NCBI GenBank assembly: GCA_002382665.1
Contig: DFZA01000009.1
Location: 294,495 to 358,494 of the forward strand
DNA length: 64,000 nucleotides
Source: Peptococcaceae bacterium UBA4068
GTDB taxonomy: Bacteria > Bacillota > Dehalobacteriia > UBA4068
Direction: 5' to 3'
Part shown: piece after piece, positions 1-9,714 of the stretch
Numbering within the stretch: the first letter of the stretch is position 1
Layout: every line of letters starts with the position of its first letter
The notes under the pieces: model-generated
Databases searched by the model: none
What the model saw: the letters and a program-made list of their open reading frames with translations, nothing else
Told to the model about the DNA's origin: nothing
Translations under genes and position numbers: made by a program

Positions 1-112
1 ACCACAGCTAATACACTTGCTACGCTGCTTCACCGCTACGCGTCGTATTAAAGATACGTCGAGGAGACGGTGATGGCCTGGGCGAAGTATCACGAAGTTT
101 ATCGACACGCTG
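1..112 (+). repeat. Partial copy of the multi-copy intergenic element (3' portion), cut by the window edge
   Basis: Shares the modules GATACGTCGAGGAGACGGTG and CGAAGTTTATCGACACGCTG with copies at 6279-6536, 51116-51257, 57492-57633 and 58942-59082. It ends at CACGCTG and is followed by a T7 run. Confidence 0.7.
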
Positions 113-123
113 TAGGCGTTTTT

Positions 124-1329
124 TTATTGCTCTTGTTTCATAGCGTTCTTAAATGCAGAGCGGCTGCGCCGGCCCCAAAACAAATAGAGCAGCAACGATA
201 TAGCAGCAGCACCGACCATTAGCGTAAACATATTGCTGTAACCATAAGTTTTAACCAATATGCCACTGATAATACCGCCCATGCCGATACCGATATCAAA
301 AGCGCAGAGTATAGTACTGCTAGCGGCGCCGCGCTGCTCCGGTTCCGCCACCCGCAGCGCCATTGTCTGCATGGTGGGAACCAATGTACCAAATCCGATA
401 CCGTAAAGCAATGCCGCGCAAATAAATAACGATAAGCTATGACCATAAGCGATCAACAGCAGAGAGGCAGCAATTGCCCCATTACAGACAAAAATCAGTA
501 CGCTTTCACCACGCCTGTCTGCAACACGTCCACTTATCAGCCGCGCAAACGCAACGCTAATCGCCATAGCTGCAAAAAATATACCGCCGCTGCCAACTTT
601 TGTCTCCACCGCATAAAGCGCAACAAATGCCTGTACCGCGCCGTATGTCAAAAGGGCCGCTAAAGTAATTGCCGCCGCAGGTAACGAGTCTTTGTTAAGC
701 AAAGTTCTGATATTTGGACGCAGACTGGCACTGTTTGCGGTAATTTCAATGTTGGGGAAACGCATCTGTAAAGATAAAACAAAAGCAACCACCGCCAGCG
801 AGCAAGAAGTATAAAATAAAGGGATAAAACCAAGATTATTCATTAAAGCAAAACCAATGGCCGGGGAAATCGCCATTGAGAGAGTATTGGTTAGCCCGAA
901 GTATGAGAGGCCTTCACCAAGCCGCGCACGGGGGATGATATCACAAGCGGCCGTATTGACCGAGGTTGTGGTGCAGGACCAGGCAACACCGTGAAGCAGT
1001 CGCAGCAATATCACTATCGCAATTAGTTTTACCCACGGGTAGACGGCAACAATTGCGATAATCGCTGCTGCGCCGACATATAACAGCAAACGCCGGCTCT
1101 TGTGATCAAGAAACCAACCGATGAACGGTCTGACAATCACCGAAGATACTGAAAAAATTCCCACTACAAACCCAACTACGGCTTCGTCGCCACCCAAACT
1201 TTTGACAAAGAAAGAAAACGTCGGTACCAACATATAAAAGCCAAAAAAAAGCAGCATATTCAGCATACAAACCATTATAAACGGTTTATTCCAAATCGAT
1301 TGCTTCTTTGTCTCAAATTTGTCGGACAT
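124..1329 (-). CDS. MFS family transporter
   Basis: 401 aa with about 12 predicted TM helices and MFS-like motifs (GRVADRRGE-type loop). Tandem paralog of the next gene. Confidence 0.75.
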   Translation of the reverse strand: MSDKFETKKQSIWNKPFIMVCMLNMLLFFGFYMLVPTFSFFVKSLGGDEAVVGFVVGIFSVSSVIVRPFIGWFLDHKSRRLLLYVGAAAIIAIVAVYPWVKLIAIVILLRLLHGVAWSCTTTSVNTAACDIIPRARLGEGLSYFGLTNTLSMAISPAIGFALMNNLGFIPLFYTSCSLAVVAFVLSLQMRFPNIEITANSASLRPNIRTLLNKDSLPAAAITLAALLTYGAVQAFVALYAVETKVGSGGIFFAAMAISVAFARLISGRVADRRGESVLIFVCNGAIAASLLLIAYGHSLSLFICAALLYGIGFGTLVPTMQTMALRVAEPEQRGAASSTILCAFDIGIGMGGIISGILVKTYGYSNMFTLMVGAAAISLLLYLFWGRRSRSAFKNAMKQEQ

Positions 1330-1368
1330 ATCCAGCCTCCGCGGTTATTGGCATTAAAGCTGTTTAAA

Positions 1369-2643
1369 CTATACTTGCAGATTTTGGGCATTTTTATAAG
1401 CCGATGGCGTTTTGCGCGCCCATAACATGTATGTGAATATGGAGATTATGGTGCTGATACCCATTAAAGCATACATCGTACGGTAACCAAAAGCGGTAAT
1501 CAGTATACCGGCGATAATACCTCCCAAACCGATGGCAATATCGAACGAGCAGAGAAAGGTACTCATGGCCGCACCGCGTCTATGCACCGGCACTATCCGT
1601 ACCGCCATAGCCTGCAGGGCAGGAATACTGGTACCAAACCCCAAACCAAAACAAACTGCCGCGGAATAATATGTAATAAGGTTATGACCAAGTGCAATCA
1701 GTAATAATGCGGCGAGATAAGCAAGGTTGGCAAAATACACCATCAGCGCTTCACCATGCCTGTCGGTCAATTTGCCGCTGAATAGTCTGGTGGATGCCGA
1801 AAAAACTGCCATAATCGTAAAAAAAAGGCCCCCGGAACCCAGTCCGGTTGCGGTGGCATAAAGCGCTATAAACGAATTAATGCTGCCATAACTGATAATA
1901 GAGAAAAATTCTACAACCGAGGCCGGAAGCGCATCAACATTAAACAAACGATGAAATAAGTTACCGCCTCTTTCGGTAACCATATCTTTGTTAATCGGCT
2001 GGTAGTTTAGACGCCGCGCCACCAAAAAACTGACAATGGTCATGCCTGCTGAAGCAACAAAAAGGATATGAAAACCGAGCGCTTTCATGACCACCAGTCC
2101 CAAAGCCGGTGCAATCGCCATAGAGATCGAGTTGGTCATACCAAAAAATCCCATCCCTTCCGCAAAACGAGTGCGCGGTATGATATCACAAGCAGCGGTA
2201 TTGGAAGCCGTGGTAGCTCCCGACCAGATAAAGCCATGCATTACCCTCAACATAATTGCAATAGCCAATACGGGAATAAAATTATAAGCGACAATAATAG
2301 AACCGACTATCGGCAGACCGCATATTAACAGCTTACTGCGGCTTTTAGTATCAAGAATCCAACCGGCCAAAGGCCGCATCGCTAAAGCGGCAAAAGCATA
2401 AGCGCCTGCGACAAAGCCGACGATAAGTTCATTACCGCCCAGGCTTTTAATATAAAATGGGAAAGTCGGCATCAGCATATGCGACGATATATAGATCAAG
2501 AATTCCAATAAACATATATAGCAGAAAGAACGTGTCCAAAGCTGTTCTGTCAGTATAGCGGCAGAACCGGCATCTTTATTTTCATTTGGTTGATACAAGT
2601 GTTTGACTGCAAGCGGCGAATGCATTAATAAGACCTCAATCAA
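1369..2643 (-). CDS. MFS family transporter (paralog)
   Basis: 424 aa, clearly homologous to 124..1329 (GW.LD.KSR, HG..WS..TT..NTAACDIIPR.R motifs shared). Confidence 0.75.
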   Translation of the reverse strand: MIEVLLMHSPLAVKHLYQPNENKDAGSAAILTEQLWTRSFCYICLLEFLIYISSHMLMPTFPFYIKSLGGNELIVGFVAGAYAFAALAMRPLAGWILDTKSRSKLLICGLPIVGSIIVAYNFIPVLAIAIMLRVMHGFIWSGATTASNTAACDIIPRTRFAEGMGFFGMTNSISMAIAPALGLVVMKALGFHILFVASAGMTIVSFLVARRLNYQPINKDMVTERGGNLFHRLFNVDALPASVVEFFSIISYGSINSFIALYATATGLGSGGLFFTIMAVFSASTRLFSGKLTDRHGEALMVYFANLAYLAALLLIALGHNLITYYSAAVCFGLGFGTSIPALQAMAVRIVPVHRRGAAMSTFLCSFDIAIGLGGIIAGILITAFGYRTMYALMGISTIISIFTYMLWARKTPSAYKNAQNLQV

Positions 2644-2711
2644 AAGTATGATTTAACTGTATGAGTATAAAATGGCTATTACTATAAACAAAACTTGGGC
2701 AGATAATCAGT

Positions 2712-3944
2712 TTAACGGTTGAGCATATCGGTAATAAATTGTTTGGCAGTTCTGCCGCTACGTGAATTATAGCGACGTTCCCATTTAATTGCCTCCGCAC
2801 GCAGAACATCCGGTTCAATCTGCAAACCGGCGGCAGCTGCCAGACCGTCAACAATCTGTAAATATTCTTCCTGTGTCGGCGGCGGGAAAGTAATGGTGAT
2901 GCCAAAACGTTCGGCCAATGACAGTTTTTCGGCAACAGTATCGCCGATATACATATCCTCGCTGCGCTGCAGCCGGTCAGCCCAGCTTTCGCTTATCAGA
3001 TGGCGGCGGTTTGATGTGGCGTAAATAACGGTATTCACTGGAGCTGCCGTAACTCCGCCCTCTATCAATGTTTTTATTTCCCGGTAAACGTTATCGTCGG
3101 CATCGAACGAGAAATCATCAAGAAAAATGATAAATCTTTGACGATAACCAGCTAAAACACGCATTATCTCCCCTAAGCTACTCCAATAGCGGCAATCCAC
3201 GGCAACCAGCTTTAATCCCTGTGCGGCAAAACTGTTGACAGCAGCTTTAATCAGCGAAGATTTTCCTGTGCCCTTTTCACCGTAAAGCAAGAGGTTATTA
3301 ATAATGCCGCCGTTAACAAACGTATTTGTATGCTCTTTGATTAGCTGTTTTTGACGGTCATAAACAAACAATTGCTCAAAAGAAACCGTATCATTATTAT
3401 CGACGCCTCGGAGTCCGTCCTGCCAAATAAAGAAATTATGACGACAGATATTTCCAAAACCGCAATGGTAATAAAAATCAGCCAGCATTCTTACTGCGGC
3501 AGAGCCATCGCCTTTACGGAAAATACCAGCAAATTCACTGTGAAAGTTGTTATAGTAGTTATTGTTGTTAACCGATAATTGAGTAGGCGGCAATTCCGTT
3601 AACAAATTTTGCCAGCTTTGATTGGGAGCATGCGGCACCATATCTGTCTTAGCTGCCAAAGTATTTAATTCATCAGCAACAATAGCCAATAATGTATCAG
3701 GCAACTCGGCAAACGGTACTGCTGCAGCAGCGCGGCTAAAAATATTATCATCACAAATAATGGCGTCAAGCAACCAAATATCGAAAACATTACCTGATAT
3801 CTGTTTATTTACAGCTCGCGCCAATAACATTTGACAAAAATCATTCCAATTATTTTGATCATCAATGGCTGCCTGATATACACGCATTAATTGGTCATCG
3901 GTTATGTTGCGATATATAATAAGGTTGGCAATATTATTATTCAT
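2712..3944 (-). CDS. AAA+ ATPase, DUF815-like
   Basis: Walker A GEKGTGKSS and a Walker B-like IIFLDDFSFD motif. The overall layout is typical of the DUF815 ATPase family. Confidence 0.55.
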   Translation of the reverse strand: MNNNIANLIIYRNITDDQLMRVYQAAIDDQNNWNDFCQMLLARAVNKQISGNVFDIWLLDAIICDDNIFSRAAAAVPFAELPDTLLAIVADELNTLAAKTDMVPHAPNQSWQNLLTELPPTQLSVNNNNYYNNFHSEFAGIFRKGDGSAAVRMLADFYYHCGFGNICRHNFFIWQDGLRGVDNNDTVSFEQLFVYDRQKQLIKEHTNTFVNGGIINNLLLYGEKGTGKSSLIKAAVNSFAAQGLKLVAVDCRYWSSLGEIMRVLAGYRQRFIIFLDDFSFDADDNVYREIKTLIEGGVTAAPVNTVIYATSNRRHLISESWADRLQRSEDMYIGDTVAEKLSLAERFGITITFPPPTQEEYLQIVDGLAAAAGLQIEPDVLRAEAIKWERRYNSRSGRTAKQFITDMLNR

Positions 3945-4080
3945 ATTCTATATTACTCCCAAGCATTATTGGCGAATCACTATTTTTTATATTCGTATTA
4001 GTATAACATATTATCTTTTGTTATGACAGTCAATTGAAGGAAAAATCGCGAACAATGCAGAAAAATACTCAGGAATAATA

Positions 4081-4626
4081 ATGAAACTTGAGGATATGAT
4101 AATGAAGAGCTATTCCAACATTAATGATTTGTTGGCTGATGATAGCGATCGCGTCATTTTAACTGATTCACCAAAACAGCAAAATCAACAAAGAAAACAA
4201 GCTGCCTCATATAGGCAACGAAAATCCCGAAAACGGTACCGTATCGTACCTCTTGTTTTATTTGGACTTATTTGTTGTGCGCTGTTTATTGTCATTGGTT
4301 GTTTTATTTGGAGTATCATCGCTTACTTCACTCAAACAGATGTTGCTCTGTCAGTCGGACAACCATTGTTAATCTTTTTCATTGCCGTCCTGCTTTCCTC
4401 GGCGCTGATTACCTTAATGATTCGTGGCGGCAAAGTCTTTCCCGTATTGGCGTTAGCAGTTATTGCTTTTATTACCAACATGATCATAACCAATTATTTA
4501 GGAGTCAATATCAACATCACCAGCGCCCTGCTCAAATTACTGATTATATTGTTGGCAGCCGTTTTTGGTTTTTCATCCGGCAAAACACTTAGTATTTTGT
4601 TATATAAAAAGAAGCCAAACAGATAA
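4081..4626 (+). CDS. hypothetical membrane protein
   Basis: 181 aa with a basic N-terminal region followed by 4 hydrophobic helices. Confidence 0.5.
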   Translation: MKLEDMIMKSYSNINDLLADDSDRVILTDSPKQQNQQRKQAASYRQRKSRKRYRIVPLVLFGLICCALFIVIGCFIWSIIAYFTQTDVALSVGQPLLIFFIAVLLSSALITLMIRGGKVFPVLALAVIAFITNMIITNYLGVNINITSALLKLLIILLAAVFGFSSGKTLSILLYKKKPNR

Positions 4627-4710
4627 ATTAAATATAAAAACAATCAATAGCTAGTTTGAATAACCGCACTACCGATTCGAAACATAAATAAATTATAAGG
4701 GGTATTCGGT

Positions 4711-6249
4711 ATGCGGCAAAAATGGTTAGGCAGTATCTTCCGCCATCGTTTTGTGGTAGTATTACTGCTGATTATTCAAATAGCTATTTTAGTTTATATC
4801 ATAATAAGCACCAGTGCAGCTTCTTCCTGGATTAACTTGGCACTGACCATTTTCAGTTTTTTTGCGGCGCTATATATTGTCGGCAGTCCCAGAGAAAAGA
4901 ATCCCTATAAACTAACCTGGATTTTTTTAATACTGATCTTCCCTGTATTTGGCGGTCTATTATATTTGCTGTACCGAATACAATCATCCTTCCATCACTT
5001 TGGTCGGCGCTTTAAAACCATGCTGGAAGAAAGCAAATCTCTGTTAAACGATAGCGACTATGCCCTGGAGATGGCTGTAAAGGAAACACCGGAATTAGCC
5101 ACTCAGATAAATTTTTTACAGAGCTACGCCGGTTTTCCCATTTACAACCACACTGAATATGAGTATTATACCCAGGGCAAAACCATGTTCAAAAGCTTGA
5201 TAGACGAGCTGTATAAAGCTGAAAAATATATATTTATGGAATACTATATAATCGAAGAAGGCGTGATGTGGAACTCCATACTCGATATTCTGCGTCAAAA
5301 AGCCGCCAGTGGCATTGAGGTACGCGTCCTCTACGATGATTTTGGCTGTTTTAAGCGTCTGCCTGCCGACTATCCGCAGCAATTAAATGCCATGGGTATA
5401 AAATGCCATGTTTTTAATCCCTTTCGTCCTTTTCTAAGCGTTGTACAAAACAACCGAGATCACCGAAAAATAACCGTTATTGACGGGAAAGTAGCCTTTA
5501 CCGGCGGTATCAATTTAGCTGACGAATATATAAATCTTAAATCGTCACTGGGATATTGGAAGGATATTGGCATAATGGTTAAAGGACTGGCTGTACGCAG
5601 TTTTGTGCTGATGTTCCTGCAAATGTGGAATTTCAGCCAAAACAGTTCCGAGCAGCTAAACACTTACCTCCCGTCTAATAACGATTTTAAAGAATGTCCG
5701 GATGACGGTTTTATTCAGCCATTTTGTGACAACCCGATTAACGAGGATAATATCGGAGAGCAAGTCTACCTTCAAATAATCAATAACGCCAAACAGTACG
5801 TATATTTGACTACGCCATATTTATTACCCGACGACAATATGTTAACCGCATTAAAATTGGCGGCGAAAAGCAATGTAGATGTTCGTATTATCACGCCAGG
5901 ACACTGGGATAAATATTTAGTCCACATTGCCAACCGCGCCTATTACAGGGAATTGATCAGAGGCGGTATTAAGGTGTACGAATATAAAAAAGGTTTTGTT
6001 CACGGTAAATCAATTATTGCCGATGACAAAACAGCGGTTGTTGGCACAATTAATCTTGATTATCGCAGTTTTTATTTGCATTTCGAATGCGGCGTTCACC
6101 TTTATAACAGCAGAGTAATACCGGAAATAAAGAAAGATATATTAGAAACGATCAGTAATTCGTATCTGGTACAAAGAGAGGATTGTATTCACAATGCATT
6201 TACGCGTCTGATTCAGGAAATAGCCCGTTTAATATCCCCTCTTATGTAA
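4711..6249 (+). CDS. cls: cardiolipin synthase
   Basis: Two PLD HKD motifs (HRKITVIDGK and HGKSIIADDK), N-terminal TM helices, 512 aa. Confidence 0.9.
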   Translation: MRQKWLGSIFRHRFVVVLLLIIQIAILVYIIISTSAASSWINLALTIFSFFAALYIVGSPREKNPYKLTWIFLILIFPVFGGLLYLLYRIQSSFHHFGRRFKTMLEESKSLLNDSDYALEMAVKETPELATQINFLQSYAGFPIYNHTEYEYYTQGKTMFKSLIDELYKAEKYIFMEYYIIEEGVMWNSILDILRQKAASGIEVRVLYDDFGCFKRLPADYPQQLNAMGIKCHVFNPFRPFLSVVQNNRDHRKITVIDGKVAFTGGINLADEYINLKSSLGYWKDIGIMVKGLAVRSFVLMFLQMWNFSQNSSEQLNTYLPSNNDFKECPDDGFIQPFCDNPINEDNIGEQVYLQIINNAKQYVYLTTPYLLPDDNMLTALKLAAKSNVDVRIITPGHWDKYLVHIANRAYYRELIRGGIKVYEYKKGFVHGKSIIADDKTAVVGTINLDYRSFYLHFECGVHLYNSRVIPEIKKDILETISNSYLVQREDCIHNAFTRLIQEIARLISPLM

Positions 6250-6257
6250 TAAAAAAA

Positions 6258-6278
6258 CAAGCCGCTAAAAGCGGCTTG
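6258..6278. terminator. Terminator hairpin CAAGCCGC-TAAAA-GCGGCTTG preceded by A7 (left copy of a duplicated bidirectional terminator)
   Basis: Perfect 8 bp stem directly after the cls stop. An identical 21-mer recurs at 6537-6557 followed by T7. Confidence 0.8.
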
Positions 6279-6536
6279 TGAAACTGTCAAAAAGTATCAG
6301 CGAGCTGAGAAACAAGCGAGACCAGGCGTCGTCGAAACCGGCGACCTAGCTGACTTTTACCTTGCGGAAAAACAGCAGCTAATGTCTTCGCATCGTGTAA
6401 AAGATACGCCGAGGAGACGGTGATGATCTGAACGACGACCTAGCTGGCTTTTAACTTGCGGTAAAACCGCAGCTAATGCACTAGCTGCGCTGCTTCGCTG
6501 CTTCGCGTCGTATCGCGAAGTGTATCGGCACGCTGA
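6279..6536 (+). repeat. Multi-copy intergenic element, long mosaic copy with an internal approximately 40 nt duplication
   Basis: 5' module AACTGTCAAAAAGTATCAGCGAGCTGAGAAACAAGCGAGACCAGGCG and 3' module TCGCGAAGTGTATCGGCACGCTGA. Internal duplicated block ACCTAGCTG(A/G)CTTTTA(C/A)CTTGCGG(A/T)AAAAC(A/C)GCAGCTAATG. Flanked by a 21 bp direct repeat. Confidence 0.8.
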
Positions 6537-6557
6537 CAAGCCGCTAAAAGCGGCTTG
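6537..6557. terminator. Second copy of terminator hairpin CAAGCCGCTAAAAGCGGCTTG followed by T7
   Basis: Identical 21-mer to 6258-6278. Overlaps the last codons (KKTSRF*) of the minus-strand gene 6544..7062. Confidence 0.8.
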
Positions 6558-7062
6558 TTTTTTTAGCTGCCTTACGACAGGCATACTGCAAACCAAACAC
6601 AGTTATCAGCAATGCCGCTGCAATACCCCAGATACCCAAACCAATACCGTTGGCATTCCCCTGTGCTGTTGTAATCATACCATAGCCGATATAGTAAAAC
6701 ATACCTACGCAGATTAGTTTGACCAAAGACAGTCCGGCAAATATAACCGCCAAGACAGGGACGGCATTCTCTTTGGTAATCGTCACGTTGAGATTAACCA
6801 TTTTGGGGAAAAAACGCACTAACGATATAACTATGTAAACTAAAATCATTATGCCGGCAAAAAATAAGATACTGTTTTTATTGCTCCAACTATCCGGCAT
6901 ACCGTTCGCGCCAAAATGGCTGGGAATCACATCAGGTAATGCGGCATATTTACTAAAAATTAATACTAAAGTAAGAATTAATCCAACAGCAGCCAATACT
7001 TCGCAGATAATTTCCATTTTGCTGCGAGGGATTTGCGGTAATTCGAAATCAATTTTGAGCAT
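6544..7062 (-). CDS. DUF1648-family membrane protein
   Basis: IPSHFGANGMPDSWSNK motif typical of DUF1648 (SdpI/YhfL-like), 4 TM helices. Confidence 0.6.
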   Translation of the reverse strand: MLKIDFELPQIPRSKMEIICEVLAAVGLILTLVLIFSKYAALPDVIPSHFGANGMPDSWSNKNSILFFAGIMILVYIVISLVRFFPKMVNLNVTITKENAVPVLAVIFAGLSLVKLICVGMFYYIGYGMITTAQGNANGIGLGIWGIAAALLITVFGLQYACRKAAKKTSRF

Positions 7063-7082
7063 ACCAACAACCTCTTTCTTTA

Positions 7083-7829
7083 TTATTCAATAGTCAGAAT
7101 GATCGGCTCTCCATCAGTTACTACAACAGTATGCTCAAATTGTGCAACTCTGTTATTGTGAGGTGTTTTAAGCGTCCAGCCGTCATTTTCCTCTAACACA
7201 TAATCGTCCCCTTCGGAAACAAACGGCTCTATCGCCAATACCATACCTGATTTGAGCAAGCGTTTATCCCGCTTTTCATGATAATTGTATATACTCTCAG
7301 GATCATCGTGAAGCGAATGACCAACGCCGTGTCCGCATAAATTGCGGATAGTTTTATAACCTTGCTTATGAGCTTCTTTTTCAACAATTAAACCCAGTTC
7401 ATTTAAGGGGAAACCATCACGGGCTGCCGCGATAGCTTTATCAAGAGCCGTCAGGCAACATGCAAATAATTTCTCGGTATTGTGCTTAACAGGCGGCACG
7501 GCGAAAGTTGACGCGGTATCGCTAAAGAAACCATCTTTAACCGCTGAGACATCAATATTTACTGTATCTCCGGCCTGAATAACCCTTTCGGATGGAATAC
7601 CATGAGCTACCACCTCATTTACGCTGATGCAGGTATGGCCGGGAAAATCGTAGCAGAAAATCGGCGCCGATTTTGCGCCGTAACTCTCCATTATCTGGCG
7701 TCCATATTCATCCAATTCTTTTGTAGTAATGCCAGGTTTTACTGCTTCGCCCATTTTACGCAGCGTAATTGCCGCGATCCGGCCAATTTCTCTCATTGCG
7801 TCCATTTCTGCAGCAGTAGTAATTATCAT
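7083..7829 (-). CDS. map: methionine aminopeptidase type I
   Basis: Pita-bread fold motifs (FCYDFPGH, HGVGHSLHDDP, LAIEPFVSEG), 248 aa. Confidence 0.9.
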   Translation of the reverse strand: MIITTAAEMDAMREIGRIAAITLRKMGEAVKPGITTKELDEYGRQIMESYGAKSAPIFCYDFPGHTCISVNEVVAHGIPSERVIQAGDTVNIDVSAVKDGFFSDTASTFAVPPVKHNTEKLFACCLTALDKAIAAARDGFPLNELGLIVEKEAHKQGYKTIRNLCGHGVGHSLHDDPESIYNYHEKRDKRLLKSGMVLAIEPFVSEGDDYVLEENDGWTLKTPHNNRVAQFEHTVVVTDGEPIILTIE

Positions 7830-7910
7830 TAATAGCCTCCTGAATGATTTATTTTAACATATAATATCACATTTCTACATTTGATGCAAAAATCCGCATC
7901 AGATATATAA

Positions 7911-8110
7911 GAGAACGGTCATTTACGACCGTTCGAGCCTGTAGACAAAGTATAAGGCTCCTAGACTGAGATAAAAGGCCAAGTCCTAGGCGGCAGCCAA
8001 GGCCAGGCCGGGAGCGTATACGGTAATACGTGACCAGCCTGGACTTTAGGCTGCCAACAACGGAATTGGCCTTTTATCTACGGTCTGGAACGGTCATTTA
8101 TGACCGTTCC
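7911..8110. repeat. Structured intergenic element: 154 nt long imperfect palindrome (7934-8087) bracketed by two direct copies of a 22 bp hairpin (GAACGGTCATTTA(C/T)GACCGTTC)
   Basis: Outer stem GATAAAAGGCC/GGCCTTTTATC; inner stems GGCAGCC/GGCTGCC, CCAGGC/GCCTGG and CGTAT/ATACG. The 22 bp bracketing hairpins are at 7911-7932 and 8088-8110. Confidence 0.65.
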
Positions 8111-8268
8111 TTATGCTTCGGCAGTCTACCTGACTTTTTTAAAGCTTCCCGTAATAAATACTCAATATGCCCATTAACACTGCGCAGCTCATCAGCGGCC
8201 CAACCTTCGAGAGCTTTATAAATATCGCCGTCTATACGCAGCGGAAAGCTCTTACGTTCGCTCATCGT

Positions 8269-9198
8269 TTAATACATGCTCCCAACATTGATTACGGGCT
8301 GTGACGAACGATCAGCGATGATGGCAACCATAATGTTATTAATCATGTTGAACTTGCGCTCATCGTCCAACTCAATAGAACTAATCTTTTGTAAATCATC
8401 AATAGCCATTGTCGCCATACCAACCGCACCGTCAACAATAATCCGCCTTGCCGCCAATATTGCCGAGGCTTGCTGCCGCTGAAGCATTGCACTGGCAATC
8501 TCGGTCGCATACGCCAGATGGGTCAACCGTGCTTCCAAAACCTCAACTCCCGCCTGTCCCAGGCGTGCAGAGGTTTCCTGCATTAATTGCGCCGATACTT
8601 CATCGGCATTGGCGCGCAGCGAAAATCCCTGCTCATCAAAATTATCATACGGATATTGGGCAGCAACATGACGCAACGATGTTTCGCTTTGGATCTCTAC
8701 AAATTCTTCATAGTTGTTAACGTCAAGTAAAGCTTTGGCGGCATCAACTACCCTGAATACAATAACAGCGGCTATTTCTATGGGATTACCGTTTATATCA
8801 TTTACTTTTAGCTTTTCACTGTTAAAGTTGCGTATCCGCAGCGATACTTTTTTAGATGTTGAAAAAGGTACCGTTAACCAGATACCGTTTTGGCGGATAC
8901 AACCGATATACCGTCCAAAAAAAATCACTACCGCAGCGGTATTAGGTTGAACAATCACCATTCCGGTCGCTAAAATTACAAATATAATTATACTAATAAC
9001 CGCAACAGTAATATAAAGGTTAGTATGCAGCATGACCCCGCTTCCAAGCAAATAAAAGCAATAGATACTTAACCCCAGAAAAATAATAATCAAAAGTAAT
9101 CCAATAAAGCCGTTGATTTTCCAAACAGGTTTTTCCGCGATTTGTTTATTTTCCTTGTCCATTAAAATCCTCCTAATTTGTTTCAAGAATAGCTTCAT
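8269..9198 (-). CDS. SPFH/band-7 domain membrane protein (stomatin/flotillin-like)
   Basis: N-terminal TM helices followed by an SPFH-like core with a C-terminal coiled-coil/Ala-rich region. Confidence 0.6.
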   Translation of the reverse strand: MKLFLKQIRRILMDKENKQIAEKPVWKINGFIGLLLIIIFLGLSIYCFYLLGSGVMLHTNLYITVAVISIIIFVILATGMVIVQPNTAAVVIFFGRYIGCIRQNGIWLTVPFSTSKKVSLRIRNFNSEKLKVNDINGNPIEIAAVIVFRVVDAAKALLDVNNYEEFVEIQSETSLRHVAAQYPYDNFDEQGFSLRANADEVSAQLMQETSARLGQAGVEVLEARLTHLAYATEIASAMLQRQQASAILAARRIIVDGAVGMATMAIDDLQKISSIELDDERKFNMINNIMVAIIADRSSQPVINVGSMY

Positions 9199-9285
9199 GT
9201 CTGATATATATATGATATCACATACATATCACTATTTCAAGTATATTGTATTAAATTATAATTTTTTTTAAAAAATAGCCTTCTG

Positions 9286-9714
9286 CTAAATTTTTTCCAC
9301 AATATTGATTTGCCAGTTTATATGATTAATATCATGCTGGGTTTGTTGTACTTGTTTTATTAAATCTGCGGCAGTTGCATAATCACCCTTTCCGGTATAA
9401 TAATTACTTAACGCTATTGATAATTGTTGTTGTTGATCTGATAATGTTTGTATTTGGTTTTGACGACGTAGGTAAAGCTGGCTGCAGCAATATTCGGAGC
9501 CGCCGGCAAAGAACCAGACCGCCGAAAAAACAAAAATTACAACCACTACTCCGCCGACAATTCTTAATAATACACGTCTTTTCAGCATTATTTTTAACCT
9601 CCGCAACAATCGTTTGCTGAGGTTTTTCTCTGCCAAAACAGCCAATACCTTTACACAAATACCAACAAATACCCCAGTAACAATACTATATCCGACAGAT
9701 TCTTTATGTCGCAT
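9286..9714 (-). CDS. hypothetical membrane protein
   Basis: 142 aa, one or two TM helices and a Q-rich C-terminal half. Immediately upstream of the SPFH gene. Confidence 0.4.
   Translation of the reverse strand: MRHKESVGYSIVTGVFVGICVKVLAVLAEKNLSKRLLRRLKIMLKRRVLLRIVGGVVVVIFVFSAVWFFAGGSEYCCSQLYLRRQNQIQTLSDQQQQLSIALSNYYTGKGDYATAADLIKQVQQTQHDINHINWQINIVEKI

Noticed and set aside
8030-8221. 63 aa + strand ORF
   Set aside because: It lies entirely within the long palindromic element and terminator region, with no RBS and low-complexity Ser/Leu-rich content. Likely spurious.
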